Shown: piece by piece, positions 8,182-20,184 of the stretch | Layout of the letters: every line of letters begins with the position of its first letter | Position numbering within the stretch: position 1 is the first letter of the stretch | NCBI GenBank assembly: GCA_020435295.1 | Contig: JAGQZV010000002.1 | Coordinates: 1 to 49,346, forward strand | Length of the DNA: 49,346 nt | Direction: 5' to 3' | From: Bdellovibrionales bacterium | GTDB taxonomy: Bacteria; Bdellovibrionota; FAC87; UBA2466; JACKAF01 | Position numbers and translations under genes: made by a program | Notes under the pieces: model-generated | The model's database searches: none | What the model was told of the DNA's origin: nothing | What the model saw: only the letters and a program-made list of their open reading frames with translations

Positions 8182-9468
8182 CTAGGCAAAAACAAATCGC
8201 TTAGGATCCGACAAGAAATATACCAGTCGGTTCATAAAACGGGCTGCGTCGGCACCGTCTACTACCCGGTGATCCACCGAGAGAGACAAAAACATCATGT
8301 CAGCAATGGTGATTTGGTCGCCTTTGACGACTGGGCGTTTTCGAATGGCATTTACGCCGAGAATGGCAACTTCAGGGTAGTTAATTACGGGCGTAGCGAA
8401 AACGCCGCCGATAGAGCCGGCATTCGTGATGGTAAAGGTGCCGCCCTTGAGATCGTCGACAGAAACCTTTCCGGTTCGGGTTTTCTCAGAAAGAGTTTCA
8501 ATTTCGTCCGCCAGATCCCAAATACTTTTTCGGTCGGCAGTCTTGATGACCGGGACCATCAAACCATTATCGGTGTCGGTGGCAATGCCGATGTTAAAAT
8601 CCCCTTTCAGCAAAATCTCCTGCTTTTCGTCATCCAAGGAGCTGTTGAGGTACGGAAATTCCCTAAGCGCAGGAATAAGTGCCTTAATGATGAAGGGAAG
8701 GAACGTAAGCTTAATGCCTCTGGCCTTTGCCTCGTCTTTGGCTGCACTACGCATCTTGACGATTTCGCTCATGTCCACTTCTTCAACGTAGGTGAAGTGT
8801 GCAGCGGTGTGCTTGGACCGGATCATCGCTTCTGCAATTTTTTTGCGAACCCCACGAAGCGGGATACGTTCAACCGATCCGGAAGGCACATAGGATACGG
8901 GGGCCTTGGTCTTGGTAGCCACCGCAGTGCCGGGACTCGGGTGGGAGCTGCGCGAGGTCGCGGCTTGTTTCCCTTCGTACACCATCTGCACATCTACCTT
9001 GGTTATTCTCCCGTGCGGGCCTGTGCCCTCTACTCGGCTTAGATCAATTTGCAGATCCCGCGCGAGTTTGCGCGTGGCTGGTGTGGCAAGAACCTTAAAG
9101 GGCAATACCTCGGCACTGGAGTCCGTCGCAGATGCCGCCGCCGGTGTACTCCCCGCTGACGTCGACGGGCGTGAAGTGGGCCGATCTTGCGCCGCGTGCG
9201 CCTGTCCATTTGAAGGTTTTTTCGCGGCACTGTCACCGGTGCCCGCAATACGAACGATGGCTTTCCCTACAGGAACTGTCTCGCCCTCGCTAGCGAGCAG
9301 CTCGTCTATTGTCCCGTTCATGGGTGAGGGAATCTCTACCGTGGCCTTGTCGGTCATGACTTCCACCATCGGCTGATCCGCTTTCACTGGCTCTCCCGCC
9401 TTTACCAGCCACTTTGTTATTTCACCTTCCGCGACCCCTTCCCCAATGTCCGGTAACTTGAATTCCAT
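8182..9468 (-). CDS. Dihydrolipoamide acyltransferase (E2) of a heterotetrameric-E1 2-oxoacid dehydrogenase (branched-chain or pyruvate type)
   Basis: One lipoyl domain (VMTDKATVEIPSP), a Pro/Ala/Ser linker, an E3-binding domain (ATPATRKLARDLQIDL) and the catalytic DHRVVDG motif. Confidence 0.92.
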   Translation of the reverse strand: MEFKLPDIGEGVAEGEITKWLVKAGEPVKADQPMVEVMTDKATVEIPSPMNGTIDELLASEGETVPVGKAIVRIAGTGDSAAKKPSNGQAHAAQDRPTSRPSTSAGSTPAAASATDSSAEVLPFKVLATPATRKLARDLQIDLSRVEGTGPHGRITKVDVQMVYEGKQAATSRSSHPSPGTAVATKTKAPVSYVPSGSVERIPLRGVRKKIAEAMIRSKHTAAHFTYVEEVDMSEIVKMRSAAKDEAKARGIKLTFLPFIIKALIPALREFPYLNSSLDDEKQEILLKGDFNIGIATDTDNGLMVPVIKTADRKSIWDLADEIETLSEKTRTGKVSVDDLKGGTFTITNAGSIGGVFATPVINYPEVAILGVNAIRKRPVVKGDQITIADMMFLSLSVDHRVVDGADAARFMNRLVYFLSDPKRFVFA

Positions 9469-9491
9469 CTTAAACCTCTTCCAACTAAGCT

Positions 9492-10469
9492 CTAAAAATT
9501 CTTCACCTTCCCGACGGCCAAAGCGATGCGTTCCGCATCGGGCATATAAACATGCTCCAGCGTATAGGGGAAGGGGGTGTCTAGGCCCGCAACCCGCACA
9601 ATCGGGGCTTCCAGATATTCCACTGCTTCCTCAGCGATGAGCGCTGATAGCTCGGCTCCAAACCCACAGGTACGCGGCGCTTCGTGAACGATGACGACTT
9701 TACCTGTTTTCCTTACGGATTCCAGGATGGTTGGCTCGTCCAAAGGAACTAAGGTGCGCAGATCCACGACTTCGCAATCGGCACCGCGGGGCGTGCACAG
9801 ATCGGCTGCTTTAAGCGCCTCTGGTACCATCGCTCCCCAGCAGAGGATCGTTACGTCTTTACCTTCACGAACGACATTCGCTTTGCCGATCTCAACGGTA
9901 TACTCCCCCTCGGGAACTTCTCCTTTTACTGCGCGGTACAGTTTCTTGGGTTCCAAGAAAATCACAGGATCTTCATCTCGGATGGCGCTGATGAGAAGCC
10001 CCTTCGTATCATAAGGATTGGACGGGTACACCACCTTCAACCCAGGAGTGTGCGTAAAGTACGCCTCCGAACTCTGCGAGTGGTAGTGCCCACCGCGAAT
10101 CCCGCCTCCAGCCGGCGAACGGATGACCATAGGGCAGGTGAAGGTTCCCCCTGAACGGTATCGGATTTTCGCGACTTCACTCACAATTTGATCAAAAGCG
10201 GGATAGATAAAATCCAAAAACTGGATTTCGGGAACGGGGCGCAAACCGTTCACAGCCATCCCCATGGCCGCACCAATGATCCCGCTTTCCGCTAGCGGCG
10301 TATCCATGACTCTGGCTTCTCCGAACTCTTTCTGCAGGCCTTCCGTTGCACGGAACACGCCACCATTCAACCCGACGTCTTCTCCCAATAGCACGACCGA
10401 GTCATTGCGCTTCATCTCGTTGTAAAGCGCGTCCCGCACCGCCTGAACAATTGTCATCGTCGCCATCAT
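9492..10469 (-). CDS. 2-oxoacid dehydrogenase E1 beta subunit
   Basis: Transketolase-like pyrimidine-binding and C-terminal domains. It is typical E1-beta in length and sequence (GEDVG..GGVFR, DTPLAE). Confidence 0.92.
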   Translation of the reverse strand: MMATMTIVQAVRDALYNEMKRNDSVVLLGEDVGLNGGVFRATEGLQKEFGEARVMDTPLAESGIIGAAMGMAVNGLRPVPEIQFLDFIYPAFDQIVSEVAKIRYRSGGTFTCPMVIRSPAGGGIRGGHYHSQSSEAYFTHTPGLKVVYPSNPYDTKGLLISAIRDEDPVIFLEPKKLYRAVKGEVPEGEYTVEIGKANVVREGKDVTILCWGAMVPEALKAADLCTPRGADCEVVDLRTLVPLDEPTILESVRKTGKVVIVHEAPRTCGFGAELSALIAEEAVEYLEAPIVRVAGLDTPFPYTLEHVYMPDAERIALAVGKVKNF

Positions 10470-10494
10470 TACCCCTCACTAATAAATCCAAAAA

Positions 10495-11688
10495 CTATAG
10501 CGGAAAAGCTTCGCTGGTGTTTTCGAATTTGCCGCGTAACTCGCGCTCGGCAATGAGCGCCTGTTTCTGCTTTTTCAGCTGCGGCGTAAGTTCCGCATAC
10601 ACATCCTCAAAAAGTGTTTCGAGCTCCGGAGGTGGCATTTTCTCGACATCCTCCACGGCCTCCACCAAGTGATCTTTGATTTCCTCGCGCAAGGATTCTT
10701 CGTGATCCGCATCCCAGAGTCCTTTACCTTCCAAATACTGGCGGAAACGTAAGATGGGATCGCGCTTTTCCCAGGCGGCATACAAGTCCGGATCGCGGTA
10801 GCGGGTAGGATCATCGGAGGAGGAATGTGGCCCCATTCGCAACGTGACGCATTCGATGAGTGTCGGGCCGCCGCCGTTACGCGCCTTATCGACGGCTTCC
10901 TTGGTTTTTGTGTACACCGCCAAAATGTCGTTCCCGTCGACCGCTACAGCGTCCACGCCATAACCAATGCCCTTATCCGCTAAGCGTTTGGCGCCGGTTT
11001 GTTTGTACAGTGGGACCGAAATAGCATACTGATTGTTCGTGCAGATAAACACCGTGGGTGTCTTAAAAGCCCCCGCGAATGTCAAACCTGTATGAAAGTC
11101 GTTTTCCGAAGTCCCCCCGTCCCCAAAATAGGTGATCGTGACATCTTTTTCTTGGCGGATTTTGCTCGCCATCGAACACCCAACCGCCTGAATGACTTGC
11201 GTGGAGATCGGGCTAGAGACTGAGAATAGTCTTTGCTTTGAAAAACTGTAGTGGTTGGGCATCTGGCGGCCCTGACAAATGTCGCCGGAATTACCGTACA
11301 GGTTGGCTATCATTTGGAGGACGTCCGCTCCACGGTACAAAAACACCCCTGGCTCTCGGTAACTAGGGAACGCCCAGTCGCTGGCTTTGAGCGCAGCCGC
11401 CGTTCCGGTAGCGATTGCCTCCTGGCCCGTCGCAGGAACGTAAAAACCGATCCGTCCCTGCCGCTGCAACATCATACCCCGCTCATCCAGAAGGCGAGAC
11501 GTAACCATATTGCTGTACATTTTGAGCAGTAGCTCCTCTGCCAGCTGTGGATCGAGTTTGGGATCAGCAACGTTTTGTTCATCCAAAATGTGGAAACAGT
11601 CTTCACGTAAAACTGAAGAACGAGAACGTGATTCCGAGTGTTTGGGCGCTTTGTTTTTCATATCTTTTCCGGATGAGGTTACTTCCAT
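10495..11688 (-). CDS. 2-oxoacid dehydrogenase E1 alpha subunit (TPP-binding)
   Basis: TPP motif YFGDGGTSENDFH...NNQYAIS. The start is either ATG 11688 (10-nt overlap with lipA) or ATG 11661. Confidence 0.9.
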   Translation of the reverse strand: MEVTSSGKDMKNKAPKHSESRSRSSVLREDCFHILDEQNVADPKLDPQLAEELLLKMYSNMVTSRLLDERGMMLQRQGRIGFYVPATGQEAIATGTAAALKASDWAFPSYREPGVFLYRGADVLQMIANLYGNSGDICQGRQMPNHYSFSKQRLFSVSSPISTQVIQAVGCSMASKIRQEKDVTITYFGDGGTSENDFHTGLTFAGAFKTPTVFICTNNQYAISVPLYKQTGAKRLADKGIGYGVDAVAVDGNDILAVYTKTKEAVDKARNGGGPTLIECVTLRMGPHSSSDDPTRYRDPDLYAAWEKRDPILRFRQYLEGKGLWDADHEESLREEIKDHLVEAVEDVEKMPPPELETLFEDVYAELTPQLKKQKQALIAERELRGKFENTSEAFPL

Positions 11689-12602
11689 TGTTCCACCGTT
11701 TCCTGCGAACGTAGATACCCTTCCATGAACATTTCGCCGGCTTTGTAGGAACTCCGGACCAAAGGCCCCGAGGCAACATACAAAAACCCAAGCCCGACGG
11801 CGGAAAGACGGTATGACTCGAACTCGTCGGGAGAAAGGTACTGCACAACGGGCAGGTGCCGTTGAGTGGGCTGAAGATATTGCCCAAAAGTCAATACGTC
11901 ACAACCCACCGCGCGTAAGTCCTGCATCGCCTCATAAACTTCGTCCACGCTTTCCCCAAGGCCGACCATTAAGGAGGACTTCGTGTAGCGTTCCGGATCT
12001 ATTTCTTTTACTTCACGCAGGACGTTTAGAGATTGTTCATAGGTAGCGCGCTTGTCCCGCACCGTTGGTGTAAGCCTTTTCACCGTTTCCAAATTGTGCG
12101 CGATAACATCGGGGCGAGCCGCCACCAGGCGCTCCAGTGCCGCGCGATCGCCCTTAAAGTCGGGGATAAGCACTTCGACATAGGTACGGGGCGAACGCTT
12201 TTTGAGAGCTTCTACCGTCCGCGCAAAATGATCGGCGCCTCCATCGGGCAAATCGTCCCGATCCACTGAGGTCAAAACCACGTAGTTCAAGTCCATTTGC
12301 GAAATGGCAGAAGCCACTTTGATGGGTTCGAGTTCATCCAACACGCCCCGGGGGTTTCCAGTCTTTACGTTGCAGAAGCGGCAGCCGCGCGTGCACGTAT
12401 CCCCCATCAGCATTAGAGTCGCCGTCCCGCCACCCCAACACTCCGAAACATTTGGGCAGCGGGCCTCTTCGCAAACGGTGTGGAGCTTGAGAGCGCGAAA
12501 CATCCCCTTCAAACGCGTATATTCATCGCCCGCCGGGGGGCGTATTTTTAGCCATTCGGGCTTGCGCGGGGAGGGCTTTTTCAATGGGGCTGGATGCTGC
12601 AT
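11679..12602 (-). CDS. lipA: Lipoyl synthase LipA (radical SAM)
   Basis: CEEARCPNVSECW auxiliary-cluster motif and CTRGCRFCNV radical-SAM motif. Confidence 0.95.
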   Translation of the reverse strand: MQHPAPLKKPSPRKPEWLKIRPPAGDEYTRLKGMFRALKLHTVCEEARCPNVSECWGGGTATLMLMGDTCTRGCRFCNVKTGNPRGVLDELEPIKVASAISQMDLNYVVLTSVDRDDLPDGGADHFARTVEALKKRSPRTYVEVLIPDFKGDRAALERLVAARPDVIAHNLETVKRLTPTVRDKRATYEQSLNVLREVKEIDPERYTKSSLMVGLGESVDEVYEAMQDLRAVGCDVLTFGQYLQPTQRHLPVVQYLSPDEFESYRLSAVGLGFLYVASGPLVRSSYKAGEMFMEGYLRSQETVEQWK

Positions 12603-12668
12603 ATTATTGAGATTTCTAGTAGAAAAAGCCTAGAGAGGCAACTTGGCTTGTACTAGGATTCTAACTAC

Positions 12669-13550
12669 ATGAGTAGCCGCACCCACTCTATTGTTAAGGT
12701 CCTTCTCGTATGCCTTTCAGCGAGTACGTTGGGTGCTGTGCTTAAGATTTTCTACGGTTACCGCACCGCGACACTCGCCTTTACAGCAGATGGGATCCAC
12801 TCGCTTTTTGATTCGACCTCTACTGTGGTCGGCATTATCTCTGTAATTCTAGCCAGTAAGCCGCCTGACGCGGATCACCCGTACGGCCATCAAAAATTCG
12901 AGACGGTGGCAAGCTTGATTCTGAGTTTTATGCTGGTCTTGGCCGGCTACGAGGTCGGGACGTTGGCGTTCGAGCGCTTTACGCACCCGGAACGACTTGC
13001 CCAGTATTCTTTTTGGGGCTTTGCCATACTGCTAGGCGTCATGGCAGTCAATTTAGGGGTGGCGTACTTGGAAGCCCGCAAAGCAAAAGAGCTATCAAGC
13101 CAGTTTCTACTAGCGGATTCCTTTCACAACCGAAGCGACTTTCTCGTCACCTGCGCGGTGTTTGTGAGCCTTCTCTCATCGAAATTTGCCGTTCCTTATG
13201 TGGATGGGGCGGTCGCTCTTCTCATCGCGCTCTACCTCGTCTACATGGCCATTCACTTGCTGCGGGAAACGATCGATCCTCTGGTGGATCATAGCGTGCT
13301 CGATCCCAACGAGGTCGAGCGAATTGCTTCCTCCGTAAAAGGCGTGTTGCACTGCCACGCGATCCGCAGCCGCGGTCATGATGGGTATAAGTTTCTCGAC
13401 CTCAATATCCATTTGCCGGGGGAGATAACTCTTTTCCAGGCGCATGAGATCACGCACACCGTGGAGGACAAGCTAAAAAAGAAATTTCCGGATTTAGTTG
13501 ATGTTGTCATCCATACAGAACCGCACGGGCACCCGCCATGCGCGGTTTAG
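12669..13550 (+). CDS. Cation diffusion facilitator (CDF) family metal efflux transporter
   Basis: Six predicted TM segments, HSLFDSTS and HPYGHQKFE motifs, and a C-terminal cytoplasmic domain ending in a His-rich HTEPHGHPP. Confidence 0.88.
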   Translation: MSSRTHSIVKVLLVCLSASTLGAVLKIFYGYRTATLAFTADGIHSLFDSTSTVVGIISVILASKPPDADHPYGHQKFETVASLILSFMLVLAGYEVGTLAFERFTHPERLAQYSFWGFAILLGVMAVNLGVAYLEARKAKELSSQFLLADSFHNRSDFLVTCAVFVSLLSSKFAVPYVDGAVALLIALYLVYMAIHLLRETIDPLVDHSVLDPNEVERIASSVKGVLHCHAIRSRGHDGYKFLDLNIHLPGEITLFQAHEITHTVEDKLKKKFPDLVDVVIHTEPHGHPPCAV

Positions 13551-14695
13551 GATCGCCAATGCAGAGAATTTTAGTTCCATTGCTATTCGTTCTTTCTGCT
13601 TGCAGCAACGGGACCTTTCAAAGCAGCTACACCTCGATTGTACTCACCCCCAAATTTGCGCTCGGGCAGCCGGACTTTGATACAACGACCGGGGGCAGTG
13701 GGGCGGCCGGTCTCCAACATCCCTACGGGGTTTTTGTCCAAGGAACCCAGCTTTTTGTTTCTGACGCTGGCAATCACCGCGTGTTGGTGTGGGATTCCTT
13801 ACCGACGACATTTGCCCAACCCGCAGATCGGGTGATCGGCCAAAGCTCTTTTACGGGCACGAGCGCCAACCAAGGCGGCTCGACAAACCAGAATACTCTT
13901 TATAACCCCAGCGGGCTTTGGGCGACGGCATCGCACTTGTACGTCTCCGACACCGGTAATAACCGCCTCTTGTATTACGCTCTCCCCGTTGCCGCCACCA
14001 ATGCCAATGCCACTGCCGTTCTGGGCCAGACCACTTTTACCGCAAATGGTTCGGGAACCAGCGGACTCGAAATGGATAACCCGAGAAGTGTCGCCGTCGG
14101 AGGTGGAAACCTTTATGTCTCTGAGCTCAGCAATAACCGTGTCCTGGTTTTTGGAAGTGAAACGCCAAGCACCGGAACCGGGGCGGCGCATGTTCTAGGA
14201 AATGCCGCGTTCGCCAGTGGCGTCTACGGGACCTCCTCCACTCGCTTTAGTAACCTTCGGGGGCTTTTCTTTTTGGGTAGCCGCCTTTTTTTGGCTGATA
14301 CAGATAACTGCCGTATCGTCATGTGGTCGACGCTTCCAAATTACGACAATGACATCGCAGTGGACGCGGTACTGGGACAGCCAGATTTCGTTACCGGCAC
14401 TTCCAATTCGGGCAACGTGGCAGCGAATAACTTCTTTAATCCCGTTCATGTTTCTACAAACGGTACCTATACATTTGTCTCGGATTCCACCGATTCGCGG
14501 GTGCTAGTGTTTGACGGCATCCCCTCCGGAGAGCAAGACGCCAAGTACGTAGTGGGGCAGTCTTCGTTTAGCGCGCATGGCACCGGAACGAGCGGCTTTC
14601 GACTGAATGGCCCACAAGGAGTCAACGCCACCTCCACCGAGCTGTATGTGGCGGACTTCGGCAATCACCGCGTTCTCGTCTACGATTTACCTTGA
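13538..14695 (+). CDS. NHL-repeat (six-bladed beta-propeller) lipoprotein
   Basis: Lipobox LSAC after a hydrophobic leader. Six repeats of the D-x-G-N-x-R-V/L-L-V/Y type are present (DAGNHRVLVW, DTGNNRLLYY, ELSNNRVLVF, DTDNCRIVMW, DSTDSRVLVF, DFGNHRVLVY). It overlaps the CDF gene by 13 nt (alternative ATG at 13559). Confidence 0.82.
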   Translation: MRGLGSPMQRILVPLLFVLSACSNGTFQSSYTSIVLTPKFALGQPDFDTTTGGSGAAGLQHPYGVFVQGTQLFVSDAGNHRVLVWDSLPTTFAQPADRVIGQSSFTGTSANQGGSTNQNTLYNPSGLWATASHLYVSDTGNNRLLYYALPVAATNANATAVLGQTTFTANGSGTSGLEMDNPRSVAVGGGNLYVSELSNNRVLVFGSETPSTGTGAAHVLGNAAFASGVYGTSSTRFSNLRGLFFLGSRLFLADTDNCRIVMWSTLPNYDNDIAVDAVLGQPDFVTGTSNSGNVAANNFFNPVHVSTNGTYTFVSDSTDSRVLVFDGIPSGEQDAKYVVGQSSFSAHGTGTSGFRLNGPQGVNATSTELYVADFGNHRVLVYDLP

Positions 14696-14718
14696 GACGC
14701 TTAAAAACATTCCACCAC

Positions 14719-14739
14719 TATCCACAGAAGCTGTGGATA
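14719..14739. promoter_or_regulatory. Inverted pair of DnaA boxes forming a 9-bp-stem palindrome (possible DnaA-binding site and/or bidirectional terminator hairpin)
   Basis: TATCCACAG-aag-CTGTGGATA. The plus strand reads cTATCCACA (14718-14726) and the minus strand reads a perfect TTATCCACA (14740-14732). It sits in the 67-bp convergent gap between the NHL gene and queE. Confidence 0.45.
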
Positions 14740-14762
14740 ATTGACGCCCGGATCCGCAGAAA

Positions 14763-15425
14763 TCAGACCCCTCGTGCGTCTTTTCCCCAGATTTTCTTGT
14801 GAAGCTGTAATTGAAAAGTAACAGGCAGCCCGCTTTCCAGTACCCAGCGAGCCAAGGCCTCAGGCGCAAGTCGGTCTTCCACAGGCGAAAAAAGCACGGT
14901 CGCTTTCGCATAAAGCGCCTTTTCGCGCACGAGCCCGACCGCCCACTCAAAATCAGCGCGGCTTGCGATCACAAACTTGAACTGGTCTTTTTGCCCGGCA
15001 AGCTCCAAATTCTCCCAAAACATGTTTTCCGTTTCCCCGCTGTCCGGGCATTTGACATCGATAACTTTGGTAACGCACTCGGGTACGGTGGCCACGCTAA
15101 ACCCGCCTCCAGTTTCTAGCGAAACGCTATAGCCCCTTTCAAGGAGCCGCTGCATGAGCAGTAGGCTGCCCTGCTGCCCCAACGGCTCCCCCCCAGTCAA
15201 GCAGACTAGGCGGGTAGGGTAGCGGCCGATCTCTTGTAGAATCTCCTCCACGCTCATGAGGTGACCTTCCCAAAAGGCGTAGCGGGTATCGCACCAAGAA
15301 CAGCGCATGTTGCACGTAGCTACTCGTACGAAAACGGTCGGCTTGCCAACTAAAAGGCTCTCGCCCTGAAGGCTGTAAAAGATTTCGTTAATTTTTAAGG
15401 CCGAACGGGACAAACCGCTCCTCAT
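14763..15425 (-). CDS. queE: 7-carboxy-7-deazaguanine synthase QueE (radical SAM)
   Basis: INEIFYSLQGES...VFVRVATCNMRCSWCDT (Cx3Cx2C) and typical length. Confidence 0.9.
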   Translation of the reverse strand: MRSGLSRSALKINEIFYSLQGESLLVGKPTVFVRVATCNMRCSWCDTRYAFWEGHLMSVEEILQEIGRYPTRLVCLTGGEPLGQQGSLLLMQRLLERGYSVSLETGGGFSVATVPECVTKVIDVKCPDSGETENMFWENLELAGQKDQFKFVIASRADFEWAVGLVREKALYAKATVLFSPVEDRLAPEALARWVLESGLPVTFQLQLHKKIWGKDARGV

Positions 15426-15432
15426 TCGCGTT

Positions 15433-15809
15433 CTAACTCGTCAACTGCTGACGGATTCGCGCGCGTTGAATTTTGAGTTGGTATTTCTCATACTCTTCAT
15501 CGCTGAGGGTTCCCTGAAGTTTTTCTTCTGCTTTTCGTTGCGCTTCCTGTGCTCTCAGTTTGTCAATCTCAGTGCTCTCTTCGCAAGTCTCCGCCAAAAC
15601 AGTAACTTTTTCGTTCTTGATTTCTACAAACCCCTGACTAATCGCGAAACGCCTACCGTTAAACTCCAAAATCCCTGTCGTTAGCGTAGATAGAAGTTCG
15701 GCGTGATTTTCCAAAACTTCCATTTGCCCCTTGGCACCCGGAAGTTTCACTTTTTCGGTGCGCTCACCGGTTACGAGTCTGCGGTGCGGCGTTACTATAT
15801 CAATCTGCA

Positions 15810-15810
<1 letters not shown>
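15433..15810 (-). CDS. atpC: F1 ATP synthase epsilon subunit
   Basis: Position after atpD. It has the N-terminal beta-sandwich and C-terminal helical hairpin sequence pattern. Confidence 0.9.
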
Positions 15811-18130
<2,320 letters not shown>

Positions 18131-18133
18131 GTC

Positions 18134-19645
18134 TTATACAAAAACTTCCTGGTATTCAGCGATCGCTTTGTCCAGACCCGCTTTGACTTCATCGGAGAGC
18201 TCTTTCTTCTCCCGAAGGGTTTGAAGTAAACCCGCGTGCTTCGCCTCCAAGTACTCGTTGAAGCCTTTTTCGTAGTCCGAAACGCGATCGGCAGGTAGCT
18301 TGTCCAAAATTCCCTTTTCGCCGACGTAGATGATAGCGACCTGTTTTTCCACTGGTAGGGGTGTGTACTGGGGTTGCTTCAGCACGTTCACCATACGCTC
18401 ACCACGGTTTAGCATGTCTTGGGTCGCTTTATCCAAGTCGGAACCGAACTGCGCAAAGGCAGCCAATTCGCGGTACTGAGCAAGGCTCAGGCGCAAGTTA
18501 CCGGCGACCTTCTTCATGGCCTTAATCTGCGCGCTGCCGCCCACACGAGAAACCGACAAACCGACGTTAATCGCCGGACGGACACCAGAGTAAAAGAGTT
18601 CCGTATCGAGGAAGATCTGCCCGTCTGTAATCGAAATCACGTTTGTGGGAATGTACGCTGACACGTCACCCGCCTGAGTTTCGATGATGGGCAGCGCTGT
18701 TAAGCTACCGCCGCCTTCGGCATCACTTAGCTTAGCGGCCCGCTCCAGCAAGCGGCTGTGCACGTAGAAAACATCGCCGGGAAAAGCTTCACGGCCTGGA
18801 GGACGACGAAGCAGCAGGGAGAGCTGGCGATATGCTTGCGCTTGTTTGGTCAAGTCATCGTACACAATGAGCGCATGTTTGCCGCTGTCACGGAAGAACT
18901 CGCCCATCGTCACGCCGGAGTAGGGCGCAATATACTGCAACGGGGCCTGCTCGCTCGCCGTAGCGGTCACGACGATCGTGTACTCCATGGCGCCGTGCTG
19001 GCGTAGTTTTTCCACCACCTGCGCTACCGTCGACTGTTTCTGCCCGATAGCAACGTAAATACAGATAACGTCTTGGCCCTTCTGGTTGATGATGGCGTCG
19101 ATCGCAATAGCCGTTTTCCCGGTCTGGCGGTCGCCAATGATGAGCTCACGCTGCCCACGACCAATGGGAACCATCGCATCGATAGCTTTGATGCCGGTTT
19201 GCATGGGTTCCTTAACGGGCTGGCGTTTAACAATCCCCGGGGCCTTAATTTCGACCTGGCGGTGCTCTTTGGCATCAATGCTTCCGCGCCCATCCACCGG
19301 AATACCCAGAGCATTCACCACACGTCCAAGCATGGCGTCGCCCACTGGCACCTGAAAAATCTTGTTCGTACGTTTTACGGTGTCGCCTTCTTTGACGGTA
19401 GTCACGCCACCGAAGATCGCAATACCGACACTTTCTGCTTCGAGGTTCAGAACCATCCCGAAGGTATTTCCAGAAAACTCCACCATCTCACCGGCCATCG
19501 CATTCTGCAGGCCATAGACGCGGGCTACCCCGTCACCAACACTTAGAACTGTCCCGGTTTCCGCTATTTGTACTTCCCGATCAAATTCCTCAATACGCTG
19601 GCGAATAATCTGGCTGATCTCGTCCGCTCGAATGGTCTGCATCAT
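18134..19645 (-). CDS. atpA: F1 ATP synthase alpha subunit
   Basis: Walker A GDRQTGKT and a highly conserved alpha-subunit sequence throughout. Confidence 0.97.
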   Translation of the reverse strand: MMQTIRADEISQIIRQRIEEFDREVQIAETGTVLSVGDGVARVYGLQNAMAGEMVEFSGNTFGMVLNLEAESVGIAIFGGVTTVKEGDTVKRTNKIFQVPVGDAMLGRVVNALGIPVDGRGSIDAKEHRQVEIKAPGIVKRQPVKEPMQTGIKAIDAMVPIGRGQRELIIGDRQTGKTAIAIDAIINQKGQDVICIYVAIGQKQSTVAQVVEKLRQHGAMEYTIVVTATASEQAPLQYIAPYSGVTMGEFFRDSGKHALIVYDDLTKQAQAYRQLSLLLRRPPGREAFPGDVFYVHSRLLERAAKLSDAEGGGSLTALPIIETQAGDVSAYIPTNVISITDGQIFLDTELFYSGVRPAINVGLSVSRVGGSAQIKAMKKVAGNLRLSLAQYRELAAFAQFGSDLDKATQDMLNRGERMVNVLKQPQYTPLPVEKQVAIIYVGEKGILDKLPADRVSDYEKGFNEYLEAKHAGLLQTLREKKELSDEVKAGLDKAIAEYQEVFV

Positions 19646-20184
19646 GCTCCTCCCACAAGGGTTTCTTTCATCCTGGCAAGCCTGGTCGCTAGCGTGCCAT
19701 CATAGGTTGTGCCTTCCGCGGTAACCCGTACGCCCCCATATAACGAGGGGTTAACTTCAAAATCCGCTTCTACCGGCTTTCCAAAAAATTTTTCAAAGCG
19801 CTCTTCTATTTTCTTTTGCTGGGCACTTCCCAATTCGTCGCGGGACTCTACCCGTAAAGGCACAATGTTCTCAGCCCGCGAAACAAGCAGGTGCAGTTCT
19901 CGTGCGATGGCGCTCAGGTTTTTCACCCGATTGGATGAGGCTAGGAGTTTCAAGATCCGACCTGTTACCTCATTACATTTGAGCTTGGTGTAGAGGCTTT
20001 CCATGACCGCCATGCGGTCTTCTGTACGAAAGAGCTCGGAAGAAAAAACGAGGCTCAGTTCTTGATTCTCGTCGACAAGTGCTCCAATCGAGGCCAGTTC
20101 TTCCTGAATTGTGTGCAACTCTTTCCCTTTTTGGCCCAGATCTAAAATGGCTTTGGCGTAGATTTTAGCGACTCTATCCTGCAT
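19642..20184 (-). CDS. atpH: F1 ATP synthase delta (OSCP) subunit
   Basis: Operon position, size (180 aa) and an OSCP-like sequence. It overlaps atpA by 4 nt. Confidence 0.88.
   Translation of the reverse strand: MQDRVAKIYAKAILDLGQKGKELHTIQEELASIGALVDENQELSLVFSSELFRTEDRMAVMESLYTKLKCNEVTGRILKLLASSNRVKNLSAIARELHLLVSRAENIVPLRVESRDELGSAQQKKIEERFEKFFGKPVEADFEVNPSLYGGVRVTAEGTTYDGTLATRLARMKETLVGGA

Noticed and set aside
8155-9042. 295-aa plus-strand ORF antisense to the E2 acyltransferase gene
   Set aside because: It is fully nested in a strongly conserved minus-strand CDS, with no recognisable domain. It is an antisense shadow.
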